A DNA stretch of 64,000 nt from a virus (Duplodnaviria; Caudoviricetes): positions 32,001 to 96,000 of the IMG/VR virus record IMGVR_UViG_3300007747_000009; one strand, given 5' to 3'. The notes below the pieces were generated by a model. That model was not told where the DNA came from, did no database searches, and worked only from the letters and a program-made list of their open reading frames with translations. Position 1 is the first letter of the stretch. Every line of letters begins with the position of its first letter. This document shows, one piece after another, positions 20,503-28,899 of this stretch. The translations under genes were made by a program, and so were the position numbers.

Positions 20503-20986
20503 TATCTTTAAAAGTCTAAGTAACCACTTTAATAGGGGTTCAAACAAATTAGTATCAAATAACAATTATGCAGTATACAGTGCTGGTACTATTCATCAGA
20601 TCACAATCGAGAATGAAACAGTTATTATTGGACACGACACATTACGTTTAGTCTATACTAATACAGATAAGACTGCATCTGTTGCATTTTCTCCTGCTAA
20701 AATATCGGTTGGATCATATGTACGTGAGGTTGAACTCAACCTCAGTGTGATGAATGACGGATATAAGAATACATACAATCGTCTTCATGTGGATGGTGGT
20801 GAACTATTCCAACTTAGTACTGTATATGATTTTGACTTCACAATCCTCCAAGATATTTTAGCTAAATACTTAGAGCTTCTAAAAGTGATGAAAACTTCTG
20901 ATAAATTAAATAATGATCATCCACAAATTGATGAGGCGATCAAAAATATTTCAGAAGCTGTTGCACTTTACAATAAAGAAGCATAA
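20486..20986 (+). CDS. FQxS-family paralog
   Basis: GGELFQLSTVY. Confidence 0.8.
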   Translation: MSNLDSIFKSLSNHFNRGSNKLVSNNNYAVYSAGTIHQITIENETVIIGHDTLRLVYTNTDKTASVAFSPAKISVGSYVREVELNLSVMNDGYKNTYNRLHVDGGELFQLSTVYDFDFTILQDILAKYLELLKVMKTSDKLNNDHPQIDEAIKNISEAVALYNKEA

Positions 20987-21036
20987 AGTATTTTTAGGAC
21001 ACACGGATTGTGTCTATTAGGTTCAAGGAGTGAACT

Positions 21037-21510
21037 ATGGTCGGATTAAATGAGAGTGGTCCAGTAGAAGATGTAATCGCTCAAGATGCCTTTAAGATTC
21101 ACGGTACTATGTTTAGTGTACGTGATATTGTGCAATGTTTATTTTTATGCAGTAAATCTCTTCATGATTTATATCACCAAGATCGTTGTAATCTATTTGT
21201 AATTACGATTAACATTGAAGACTCTTGGGTGATGGGAATGCCAATGTACGCGAATCAGAATTTTAACGAACGTGTTTGTCGAAATAATGATGAAGTTACG
21301 GCACAGAGTAATGTACATAATCGTCGTAATACATACTTGACAAAAGACGACAATAAGTATATGCTATTCTTAACGAAAGGTTATATACTAGATAACTACA
21401 CAGTAAAAGATAGTTATCATGACTTCAAAGTATCAGAAGATAAGCCACATGTGATGATTTATGCATCTGACTTTGAAAGTTTAACAGTTAAAAATCCTAA
21501 TTTGGAGTAA
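21037..21510 (+). CDS. hypothetical protein
   Basis: AAGGAG RBS, clean ORF. Confidence 0.8.
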   Translation: MVGLNESGPVEDVIAQDAFKIHGTMFSVRDIVQCLFLCSKSLHDLYHQDRCNLFVITINIEDSWVMGMPMYANQNFNERVCRNNDEVTAQSNVHNRRNTYLTKDDNKYMLFLTKGYILDNYTVKDSYHDFKVSEDKPHVMIYASDFESLTVKNPNLE

Positions 21511-21512
21511 TA

Positions 21513-21662
21513 ATGGCTAAGAAACCAAAACAACATGCTGTTAGCAACCCAGTTGCAAAACACATGGAAACCTTCAATAAACCAAAAACATTTGTTGATC
21601 AAAAGAAAGAATCAAAGAATGGAAAAATCAAACACAAAGGACGTGACTACACGTCCTTTTAA
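21513..21662 (+). CDS. small basic protein (49 aa), ArfA-like composition
   Basis: GGAG RBS; MAKKPKQHAVSNPVAKHMETFNKPKTFVDQKKESKNGKIKHKGRDYTSF; not in the ORF track. Confidence 0.75.
   Translation: MAKKPKQHAVSNPVAKHMETFNKPKTFVDQKKESKNGKIKHKGRDYTSF
21636..21660 (+). terminator. terminator-like hairpin overlapping the last codons of the 49-aa ORF
   Basis: GGACGTG-acta-CACGTCC-TTTT. Confidence 0.6.
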
Positions 21663-21677
21663 CATTTGTGGGGTACT

Positions 21678-22553
21678 ATGAAAACTATTTTTGATTACAA
21701 AAAACATTCAGTACTAGAATATAATGACCTGCTTAGAGAACTTCATTGCGGCTCTAATCCAACTATTAATTTTACTATCCCAGTACAGGTCAGTACAAGA
21801 TCTAATAAGGGAGTTACAATTACATTTTCTGAAAATCGTTGGATTAATACCCGTGATGATGGTTGGGAATCCTGTAATTATGATGTATTATCTGGTGATG
21901 TAATTTACAGTAGGAATTACTTTTCGGTGGATTCTCGTTCTGGTGCAGAATCTGTTGGGTTGGATTTGGTTTCATACATTAGAAGACCAGCTCAGGGTAT
22001 TACATACAAATCTGTTCACTTGAATGGTTTAAACATTTTTAGATACGATAAAGGACAAATTCGCTGCGATAACAAAAGAATATTTTATTTCTCATTAGAA
22101 CCTTTCAAAAAGTACAAAACATATACACTTAACACTGATTGCGGTTTAGTGTATTATGAAAAACAAAGTTATAAGAATGGAACACTTGATTCATCAGTAC
22201 GGGTTAAAGGTGATAAAGACGATTATGCACTTAGTATTAATCGTAATAAAAAAACCAATAATGTAGAGATATCTTTATCTAAAAATTTTAAAAGAGTAAG
22301 TATTATCGAGTTAAGTACTAAAGATTGTAGTATTGAACATATTTTCAATAAGTACACAATGTTTACTATAGACATGAATTGTACTCCAGAAGAATTTGAA
22401 ATTTTAGAAAATGTCCGTGCATTACTAAAGCGTCATTTAGTTAATACTTATAATCATGTGAAAGAAAAGAAACAAAATACGAATATTATATGGACCGCAT
22501 TAAAAGCGATAGAGGTGATGGAAGATGATGAATATCAAATTCAAGGACGGTAA
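21678..22553 (+). CDS. hypothetical protein
   Basis: Long ORF. Confidence 0.8.
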   Translation: MKTIFDYKKHSVLEYNDLLRELHCGSNPTINFTIPVQVSTRSNKGVTITFSENRWINTRDDGWESCNYDVLSGDVIYSRNYFSVDSRSGAESVGLDLVSYIRRPAQGITYKSVHLNGLNIFRYDKGQIRCDNKRIFYFSLEPFKKYKTYTLNTDCGLVYYEKQSYKNGTLDSSVRVKGDKDDYALSINRNKKTNNVEISLSKNFKRVSIIELSTKDCSIEHIFNKYTMFTIDMNCTPEEFEILENVRALLKRHLVNTYNHVKEKKQNTNIIWTALKAIEVMEDDEYQIQGR

Positions 22554-22851
22554 GCCCAGAATGGCTAATCTTGGACGTAGATTAGTACCTAAGAATGGTG
22601 AGAAAATCGTTCACCCAGATGGGACTGTGATGTTTCTATTGAACGCGGTGAGTGAAAAGGCGGCGGTTGACGCAATGATCCTCGCATCACGGTTCAACCA
22701 ATCAGATGAAGATAGGCGGTACTTGACGTATCTGTACACTGAGCACATCCTCGATTTGGATGAACCGGATGAGAAGATGTTCTTCATGCTTCTTGACGAC
22801 TTCAATCAGTGGTGGCGACACCTCTCTGAAAAACTCGGGACAGATGAGTAA
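22525..22851 (+). CDS. hypothetical protein
   Basis: ORF overlapping the previous stop. Confidence 0.75.
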   Translation: MMNIKFKDGKPRMANLGRRLVPKNGEKIVHPDGTVMFLLNAVSEKAAVDAMILASRFNQSDEDRRYLTYLYTEHILDLDEPDEKMFFMLLDDFNQWWRHLSEKLGTDE

Positions 22852-22865
22852 TAATGTGATATAAT
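22834..22865 (+). promoter_or_regulatory. class-2 phage promoter (GGGACA-17-TATAAT, extended -10 TGTGATATAAT)
   Basis: Same motif at 25534-25562 and 56404-56431. Confidence 0.7.
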
Positions 22866-22892
22866 AACTCATCTAGAAAATGAGGAAAAAAT

Positions 22893-23114
22893 ATGATTGT
22901 AGCAATGAATATTACGTCAGAAAGTGGTGATAGCTATCTATTACTTTTCAAAGATAAAACAGTACAAGAGATTGAACAAGAACTACTAGAAAACAAAGAG
23001 TGCTATTACGGTGCTGGGGTAGAGTTTGAAGTACTAGATTGTACTGAAGAAGAAGAACAGGATTTGATTGGAATGATTCATAATTTCCAAGAAAAATCAT
23101 GGGACTTCGATTAA
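22893..23114 (+). CDS. hypothetical acidic protein
   Basis: GAGG RBS. Confidence 0.75.
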   Translation: MIVAMNITSESGDSYLLLFKDKTVQEIEQELLENKECYYGAGVEFEVLDCTEEEEQDLIGMIHNFQEKSWDFD

Positions 23115-23155
23115 TTTAAAACAACGAACATAACTTTTCGAAAGGAGACGAATTT

Positions 23156-23542
23156 ATGAACGTAGAACACTCTCAAATCTTACAGGCAGTTGGTGGCGTA
23201 GTTCTCATTAACCATGAAGGTAGTGAAAAGCTATGTTGTCTTGAAGATATGCAACACACCAAATTTTTCACAATAGGTCAACTATTCAATGCGATTCGAG
23301 TACTTAAAGGGAAAGACGTAGTAGAATATGGTGACTTGTGGCCTTCCTATCGCAATCGCAAAACTGGAGAAGTTTCTGCTGATTGGGAAACACTTAAAGC
23401 AGTACTCGCAAATTGTGACTCAGATTATGACTTCATGGTTGAAGCATGTGCACAATTGAATGAGGAAGTACCAGAGATTGTAGAACGCAAGACAGTACTC
23501 GATCGTCTTGAAATGTATCGTGCTGGTTCACTAAACATCTAA
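23156..23542 (+). CDS. hypothetical protein
   Basis: AAGGAG RBS. Confidence 0.8.
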   Translation: MNVEHSQILQAVGGVVLINHEGSEKLCCLEDMQHTKFFTIGQLFNAIRVLKGKDVVEYGDLWPSYRNRKTGEVSADWETLKAVLANCDSDYDFMVEACAQLNEEVPEIVERKTVLDRLEMYRAGSLNI

Positions 23543-23569
23543 TAACATATTTTGAAAGGGAATTTAAAA

Positions 23570-23872
23570 ATGGAAGATACAAACAAATTTGACATGTTCG
23601 CAACACTAAATGAACGCGACTTCAACGAAATTGAAAACGAAGAAGTTGAACTAGTTAGTGTAACCGCAAAATCTGATAGTAAGAAAAAGTACCGCACAGT
23701 AGCAGTACGTTCACAAGAAGAATACGAGACATTTATTGATAGTATTCATTTCGAAACTCTTACTCACCCAACAACTGGTGAAGATTATCAAGTAAAAGTT
23801 ACAGTACTAAAACCTGAAATCAATCCACAAGAAAACTTACGCCCTGTTTTTGCGTATAGTACCAATCACTAA
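23570..23872 (+). CDS. hypothetical protein
   Basis: ORF ending just before a terminator. Confidence 0.75.
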   Translation: MEDTNKFDMFATLNERDFNEIENEEVELVSVTAKSDSKKKYRTVAVRSQEEYETFIDSIHFETLTHPTTGEDYQVKVTVLKPEINPQENLRPVFAYSTNH

Positions 23873-23880
23873 TTATAATA

Positions 23881-23908
23881 AGCAGGAGGAAACTCCTGCT
23901 ATTTTTTT
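23881..23908 (+). terminator. intrinsic terminator
   Basis: AGCAGGAG-gaaa-CTCCTGCT-ATTTTTTT. Confidence 0.85.
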
Positions 23909-23929
23909 AAGTTAATTTCGGAGGACTTC

Positions 23930-24709
23930 ATGATAAGCATAAAAGAAATAGCAGAATTCCAAGCACAACAGTACGATATGATCACAACAGAAGCTAACAA
24001 AATTCATCCTAAATTACTTCGAAGAATAAGCTTTGATGAACTTTTTAGTGATGATTTTAAAGCTCAAGAATACGAAGATCAATATAATAAAAATATTAAA
24101 CCATTAATTCGTTATTATGAAACTGAATTGGACAAAATGATCAACAGCCACCTGTATGATATTTTAGAGGGTTGGATCATAATTCATCCAGATAAACATT
24201 TTGGATTTGAATTTGATACAGGGAAACCAGTATCAGTTGTTCCAAGTGATATACTAGATGCATTGAATGGTGATATACTCATTAACGTGGAATTGGAAGA
24301 TTATTATTCAGTAGTTAGGGAGATGAAAGAAGAATATACATTGAAACCATTCTGGCAGTATAGCTATGTATTATACGGTAATGGTCAACGTCCATCATTA
24401 AGTACATATAGTACTTCAGAGGCATACATAAAGTATAATAGATTACTATACAAAAATGTTTATTCTACGTATGAACAGGTAGCCAATATAGCTACTGATA
24501 TATCAAGTCTTCCCTTTAAAATGAATTATCCACCAATGGATAATAATCTAAAAAGTGCTTTTGTAAATAGTGATTTAACTAAAATGTTAAAACATCATAA
24601 AGTACTAAACGCATTCTTCGAAAAATTTGGGAAAGATGCGGGTACTGGTGATTATTCTTCATACGAAGATGAGAATGGAAAAATTAAATTCACGAGGATT
24701 CAATATTGA
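23930..24709 (+). CDS. hypothetical protein
   Basis: GGAGG RBS. Confidence 0.8.
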   Translation: MISIKEIAEFQAQQYDMITTEANKIHPKLLRRISFDELFSDDFKAQEYEDQYNKNIKPLIRYYETELDKMINSHLYDILEGWIIIHPDKHFGFEFDTGKPVSVVPSDILDALNGDILINVELEDYYSVVREMKEEYTLKPFWQYSYVLYGNGQRPSLSTYSTSEAYIKYNRLLYKNVYSTYEQVANIATDISSLPFKMNYPPMDNNLKSAFVNSDLTKMLKHHKVLNAFFEKFGKDAGTGDYSSYEDENGKIKFTRIQY

Positions 24710-25545
24710 AACTACAACTACTATATGACTTTCTAAGCCCCCCTGATAATGATGGAGATTATGTGGATGAGGATGTTGGATATGCATCAAATTCGTATAC
24801 TAACTCAAAGCTACCACATGAACATACTAATTTTCATAGTTCACTATTCAGTCGAATGAGTAAGTACTTTAAATCTATAAATCGTTATGCTACTATTAGT
24901 TTAGTAGAAGTACCTGATGATGTAATGTTTCAGTACATGATTGAAAACGTATTTGACTATGATTATGTTTCGTATGATATGTTTCAGCATAGAATTTGCA
25001 TATCGAATTCTAAGTATGAAAGTACTCGTTATGGGCGGGAGTCATATGGATACGCCACAGCTTCAAACTCTTCTAGCTATGCAAATGGTAATATTTTTAC
25101 ATTCGGTCATGAGCATAATTCTGAATTGGAAAAAACCCAAGATGAAAGAAAGACGTACTGCATTGTTCCAGATGCAGAACATTATTCAAATATTTTAGAA
25201 GTACTTAGGCCACATGTGGTTTATGAATTTGCTAGGTGGTTTAAAGAGGGAGCTAGGATTATTGGTGAAACTCAGGATCTTGGAATTATTTCATACTCAG
25301 ATGACCCGGTTGGTGACTATGGATATAATTCAGTTAAGAATTCTGGAAGAATTTTTCTTGATAATGAAAAAGGCAGTACCGAGACATTCAATCTCAGATA
25401 TGACCAATTTTCTACGTGTATGGACTTCTGGATGAATGATCATGTACTATTCACAGAAGCACGTCAGTTCATTTCAGATCTCGAGGTAGAGGCTTACAGA
25501 GCGTTATATGCGATGATTCATACTGAAATAACTGAGACAAAATGA
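24706..25545 (+). CDS. hypothetical protein
   Basis: TTG start coupled to the previous stop. Confidence 0.75.
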   Translation: MKLQLLYDFLSPPDNDGDYVDEDVGYASNSYTNSKLPHEHTNFHSSLFSRMSKYFKSINRYATISLVEVPDDVMFQYMIENVFDYDYVSYDMFQHRICISNSKYESTRYGRESYGYATASNSSSYANGNIFTFGHEHNSELEKTQDERKTYCIVPDAEHYSNILEVLRPHVVYEFARWFKEGARIIGETQDLGIISYSDDPVGDYGYNSVKNSGRIFLDNEKGSTETFNLRYDQFSTCMDFWMNDHVLFTEARQFISDLEVEAYRALYAMIHTEITETK

Positions 25546-25597
25546 CAAAAATGTGATATAATATAGGGGTAAAGACGTGTGTTCTTTACCCCTTTTT
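25534..25597 (+). promoter_or_regulatory. class-2 promoter followed by a terminator hairpin
   Basis: GAGACA 25534-25539, 17 bp, TATAAT 25557-25562; AGGGGTAAAG/CTTTACCCCT-TTTT 25565-25597. Confidence 0.7.
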
Positions 25598-26085
25598 AAT
25601 TCTGAATGATCCCATTTATGGGAATTTTAAAGCACCTGATTCACTCGAAAATGTAGAGGACAGATGAGTAGTTCATTCAGTACGATTAGCAGATGATACC
25701 CGTTAGGAGATGGCATAGTTTGTACCACCCACGGCAATGCGGCTATAAAAACCAAGTCAGAATTACATAAGTACTTGGCGTGTACACGGCACGATAGACA
25801 TATAGGACTCGCACCTACCAAATGTATAAGGGAATCACCTTATTCTATTGTGCGACGTATTTTAGGGCTAGCCCTTAATCCGTCCAGAATTTGAGTGATA
25901 AGTACAATAACTGTTCATGTTGTTATTGTGCTATGCGTAGTAAGACTACGACCGTTGCATAGAACCGCGATAGGGAGAAACAGGGCAACCCGCTTCCGCT
26001 CACTATATGAAATTCGTGACATGAAATGATGAAACCACCAGCGTCAAATTATATTTTCTTCCCCACCCAGTGGGGGGATGAAATT
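25568..26085 (+). ncRNA. candidate large structured ncRNA, family unassigned
   Basis: No credible ORF, GC higher than the flanks, nested long-range and local stems, upstream promoter. Confidence 0.55.
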
Positions 26086-26241
26086 GAATCAACAAACCTC
26101 GTCAATAATTAAAGTACAATAATTAATTAATAAGAATATTAAAATACGAACGCTAGTGAGTATTTTGATTTTCTTATTTTAAATCGTCTAACGAAGTTAG
26201 ATGATTCTTTATTGTTTATATCAAGCAAGAGAAATAAAATA

Positions 26242-26778
26242 ATGAATGAAGTGAAATATAAAAAGAAAGACGGTACATTTATTCAGTCCTTTAATAAGCA
26301 AGTACCTGAAAACTTTACTGGATATAAAATAAGTAAAGACTATAATAAAATCAGTTCAATTCGTGAGTATCTAAATAGCCATGAGATAGGAAATATCAAG
26401 TTCCGACCCACTAAAATTCCAGTTGTTTTTACTGTGTCATACGAAAATGGATATAGAGAAACACGGTACTCAAATGGTAACATCCAACACGCCTTTAATA
26501 GAAATTCAGATGGTATGATGTACGGGGAATCTCGTACATATGATAGTGGTGGTGTTTTAGTTGGTAGAACATATCACTACGAGCATAAGAATGTCACAGA
26601 AGATATTAAATCCTTTATTGGTTATACTGGTGGAGACATGAATTTCGTTGACTACCAATTCGGTGAAGATGAGATCTTTAATATCTATATGAGGTACGGA
26701 AGTAAATTTAAATTTTTCAACGAGTACAGAATTGATAAATCCATTATTGATGATATTGCTAAGTTCTGTATAGAATAA
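26242..26778 (+). CDS. MORN-variant repeat-like protein
   Basis: YSNGNIQ...GMMYGESRTYDSGG beta-hairpin repeats; C-terminal EDEIFNIYMRY resembles the array motif. Confidence 0.55.
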   Translation: MNEVKYKKKDGTFIQSFNKQVPENFTGYKISKDYNKISSIREYLNSHEIGNIKFRPTKIPVVFTVSYENGYRETRYSNGNIQHAFNRNSDGMMYGESRTYDSGGVLVGRTYHYEHKNVTEDIKSFIGYTGGDMNFVDYQFGEDEIFNIYMRYGSKFKFFNEYRIDKSIIDDIAKFCIE

Positions 26779-26789
26779 AGGAAACTATT

Positions 26790-27317
26790 ATGGGTGGAAA
26801 GGAAATCACCAACGACAAATCAATACATTACAGCTCAGGGAAAGATATTTGGTGTACTCCACCAAAACTCTTTAATGATCTAAATTCCTTATGGAACTTT
26901 ACGTTAGATGCTGCTTGTATGAAAGAAACTGCTTTATGTAAAAAGTACTTCACACCAGATGACAATAGTCTAATCCAAGACTGGAGTACTGATACTGTCT
27001 GGTTAAACCCGCCGTACAGTGATTTAAAAACATGGTTAGGTAAAGCAGTACAAGAATATAAACGTGGTGCTACGGTAGTAATGTTAGTACCATCTAGAAC
27101 AGATACTATTGCATTTCAGAATTTTGCAGTTCCTGAGTGTAGTTGCATTTGTTTTGTTAAGGGAAGGATTACTTTTATTGATCCAGAAGAAACCGATTTG
27201 GATAAGAAAAAGAATCCTGCACCCTTTCCAAGCTGTTTATTAATTTTAGATAATGACTTAACAGAAGAGAAAATAGAATACTTAAAAACTTTAGGACGGG
27301 TAATGAAAAATGTCTAA
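26790..27317 (+). CDS. dam: phage DNA N6-adenine methyltransferase (Dam family)
   Basis: WCTP...FTLDAAC...YFT..DNSL.QDW...WLNPPYS...VMLVPSRTDT...GRITF. Confidence 0.9.
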   Translation: MGGKEITNDKSIHYSSGKDIWCTPPKLFNDLNSLWNFTLDAACMKETALCKKYFTPDDNSLIQDWSTDTVWLNPPYSDLKTWLGKAVQEYKRGATVVMLVPSRTDTIAFQNFAVPECSCICFVKGRITFIDPEETDLDKKKNPAPFPSCLLILDNDLTEEKIEYLKTLGRVMKNV

Positions 27318-27846
27318 AACGTGTGTGTTTATGTACGGGAGAATGAATCCAGTACACTTAGGTCACGGTATGGTGTTCGATAAAGCTTTGAACTTGCAAA
27401 ATGACAGTACTGATGTTAAACTCTTTTTGAGTTCATCCTATGATACAGAAAAGAACCCACTTCCCAGAGAAGTTAGACAGTACTTTATATCTGAGTTCTT
27501 CCCTGATATTCGGGATAACATTCAAGATGTGTATGTAAAAAACCTCTTCGATATCATGAAATCCCTTGATGGTGAGTACAACAACGTTGTGTTCGTTGGT
27601 GGTTCTGATAGGACTGATAATTTTCAAAAAACCCTTGACAAATACAACGGAAAGGAATATAATTTTAATTCAATCAGCACAGTACTAGCTGGGATGGATC
27701 GAAATGCGTCGATTTACAGCAGTACTCACATGCGTGAGTCAGTACTAAAAGATGATTTTGAATCATTCAAGATATGTCTTCCGGGAGATAATGAATACTT
27801 AAAATATGATATGTTTTGTCGTGTCCAACGGCATATGGGGATATAA
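27310..27846 (+). CDS. HxGH-family (cytidylyltransferase-like) nucleotidyltransferase
   Basis: GRMNPVHLGH, KNPL, VGGSDR, SSTHMR. Confidence 0.85.
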   Translation: MSKTCVFMYGRMNPVHLGHGMVFDKALNLQNDSTDVKLFLSSSYDTEKNPLPREVRQYFISEFFPDIRDNIQDVYVKNLFDIMKSLDGEYNNVVFVGGSDRTDNFQKTLDKYNGKEYNFNSISTVLAGMDRNASIYSSTHMRESVLKDDFESFKICLPGDNEYLKYDMFCRVQRHMGI

Positions 27847-28146
27847 TTGAACTTAGAATACTTACCACCGAACCAAATTATCTGGGACGAAAATGAACGA
27901 ACTGGAAAGCGTCATGTAGACCTAATCAATACTGATAATGGTGTAAAACTGATTGCAATAATTTCTCACCGCAACAAAGCGGAGTGGGAAGCAAGAATTA
28001 TACCGATGGGTTATTCATTCAGTGATGATGATGTTAGATCATTATGGCCTGAATTATCAGGATTCGTCCTTGAACTCATGAAATATTTAGAAACAAACAC
28101 AGAAATTACCTACGAAGATATCCTTAGTTTTATTGGACTTGAGTAG
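27847..28146 (+). CDS. hypothetical protein
   Basis: TTG start adjacent to the previous stop. Confidence 0.65.
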   Translation: MNLEYLPPNQIIWDENERTGKRHVDLINTDNGVKLIAIISHRNKAEWEARIIPMGYSFSDDDVRSLWPELSGFVLELMKYLETNTEITYEDILSFIGLE

Positions 28147-28163
28147 TACTTAAAGGGGAACAA

Positions 28164-28781
28164 ATGTTAATACAATCCGAATCTTTTGCACGTTATCATC
28201 GCATGGGCTTTTCACCACGACCGGTACGTGGTAAGGGCGATGAACAAGATTTTGCGGTTGCCTACTACTTTGATAATGTACAATATGTATTCAATGACTA
28301 CGGTACTTACGAAGAAGATGGTAACGTAGATGATATGAATATGACAGTACTTAATCTTGATTACATTATTAATAGTGATCGTCATGAAAAAGTAAAAGCA
28401 GTTGCTGACCATATTCAACAACAATTACGCGTACCTATTTGGTGCGAAATCGCGTTAGACACGCAGCTTGGAATTTCGTTCGGTAGCAGTTCTGGAATCA
28501 TTGCACAAATGATCATGGATTTCCCAACTAAAGAGAAGTTCGAAGATTACAAAGCAAAACTACTTGAACAATTGAAATCACTAAGTCCTGATTTAGATCT
28601 AAGTAAGCTACCACCAATTGAAGATGTGGTTGATTTTATTTTAATCCCTTCTGAAAGTGAGTACGACATTCTTTTCAAAGATCTAAAAGTTGATGGGGTT
28701 ATTGTCGAAAATCTAGATGATGATGATTTTTATATTGAAATCAATCTCGATGATGATCCAGATGATGACGATGACGAATAA
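28164..28781 (+). CDS. hypothetical protein with acidic tail
   Basis: ORF with AAGGGG RBS. Confidence 0.8.
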   Translation: MLIQSESFARYHRMGFSPRPVRGKGDEQDFAVAYYFDNVQYVFNDYGTYEEDGNVDDMNMTVLNLDYIINSDRHEKVKAVADHIQQQLRVPIWCEIALDTQLGISFGSSSGIIAQMIMDFPTKEKFEDYKAKLLEQLKSLSPDLDLSKLPPIEDVVDFILIPSESEYDILFKDLKVDGVIVENLDDDDFYIEINLDDDPDDDDDE

Positions 28782-28899
28782 GTGTAAACATTACTGGGAA
28801 GAAGACCATCGTCCCGGTTCTAACTACGGTGGCTATTGCTGCCGTAAATGTGGTTCTTCTGCAAAGAATCCTTGGGAGGATAAAAATGCCAAAAACTGA
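28771..28899 (+). CDS. small Cys/His-rich (Zn-finger-like) protein
   Basis: CKHYW...CRKCG. Confidence 0.55.
   Translation: MTNKCKHYWEEDHRPGSNYGGYCCRKCGSSAKNPWEDKNAKN

Larger units (their letters stand above)
1122..20986 (+). repeat. tandem paralogous gene array (~35 genes, EExxFQxSxxY family)
   Basis: Shared C-proximal motif, similar length, overlapping or coupled start-stop codons; N-terminal MTx[FY]ExD[LM]xYA-like motif in the first 11 genes. Confidence 0.9.

Noticed and set aside
25627-25821. 64-aa minus-strand ORF in the non-coding region
   Set aside because: No evident RBS or recognisable motif; chance-length ORF.
25566-26040. tmRNA (5' GGGG start, CCACCA at 26035-26040)
   Set aside because: No T-arm GGTTCRA motif before CCACCA and no acceptor-stem pairing with the 5' end.
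25600-26085. Group I intron, RNase P RNA or hammerhead ribozyme
   Set aside because: The region does not interrupt a gene, and I could not find the diagnostic cores (P7, GAGGAAAGUC, CUGAUGA...GAAA) by eye.
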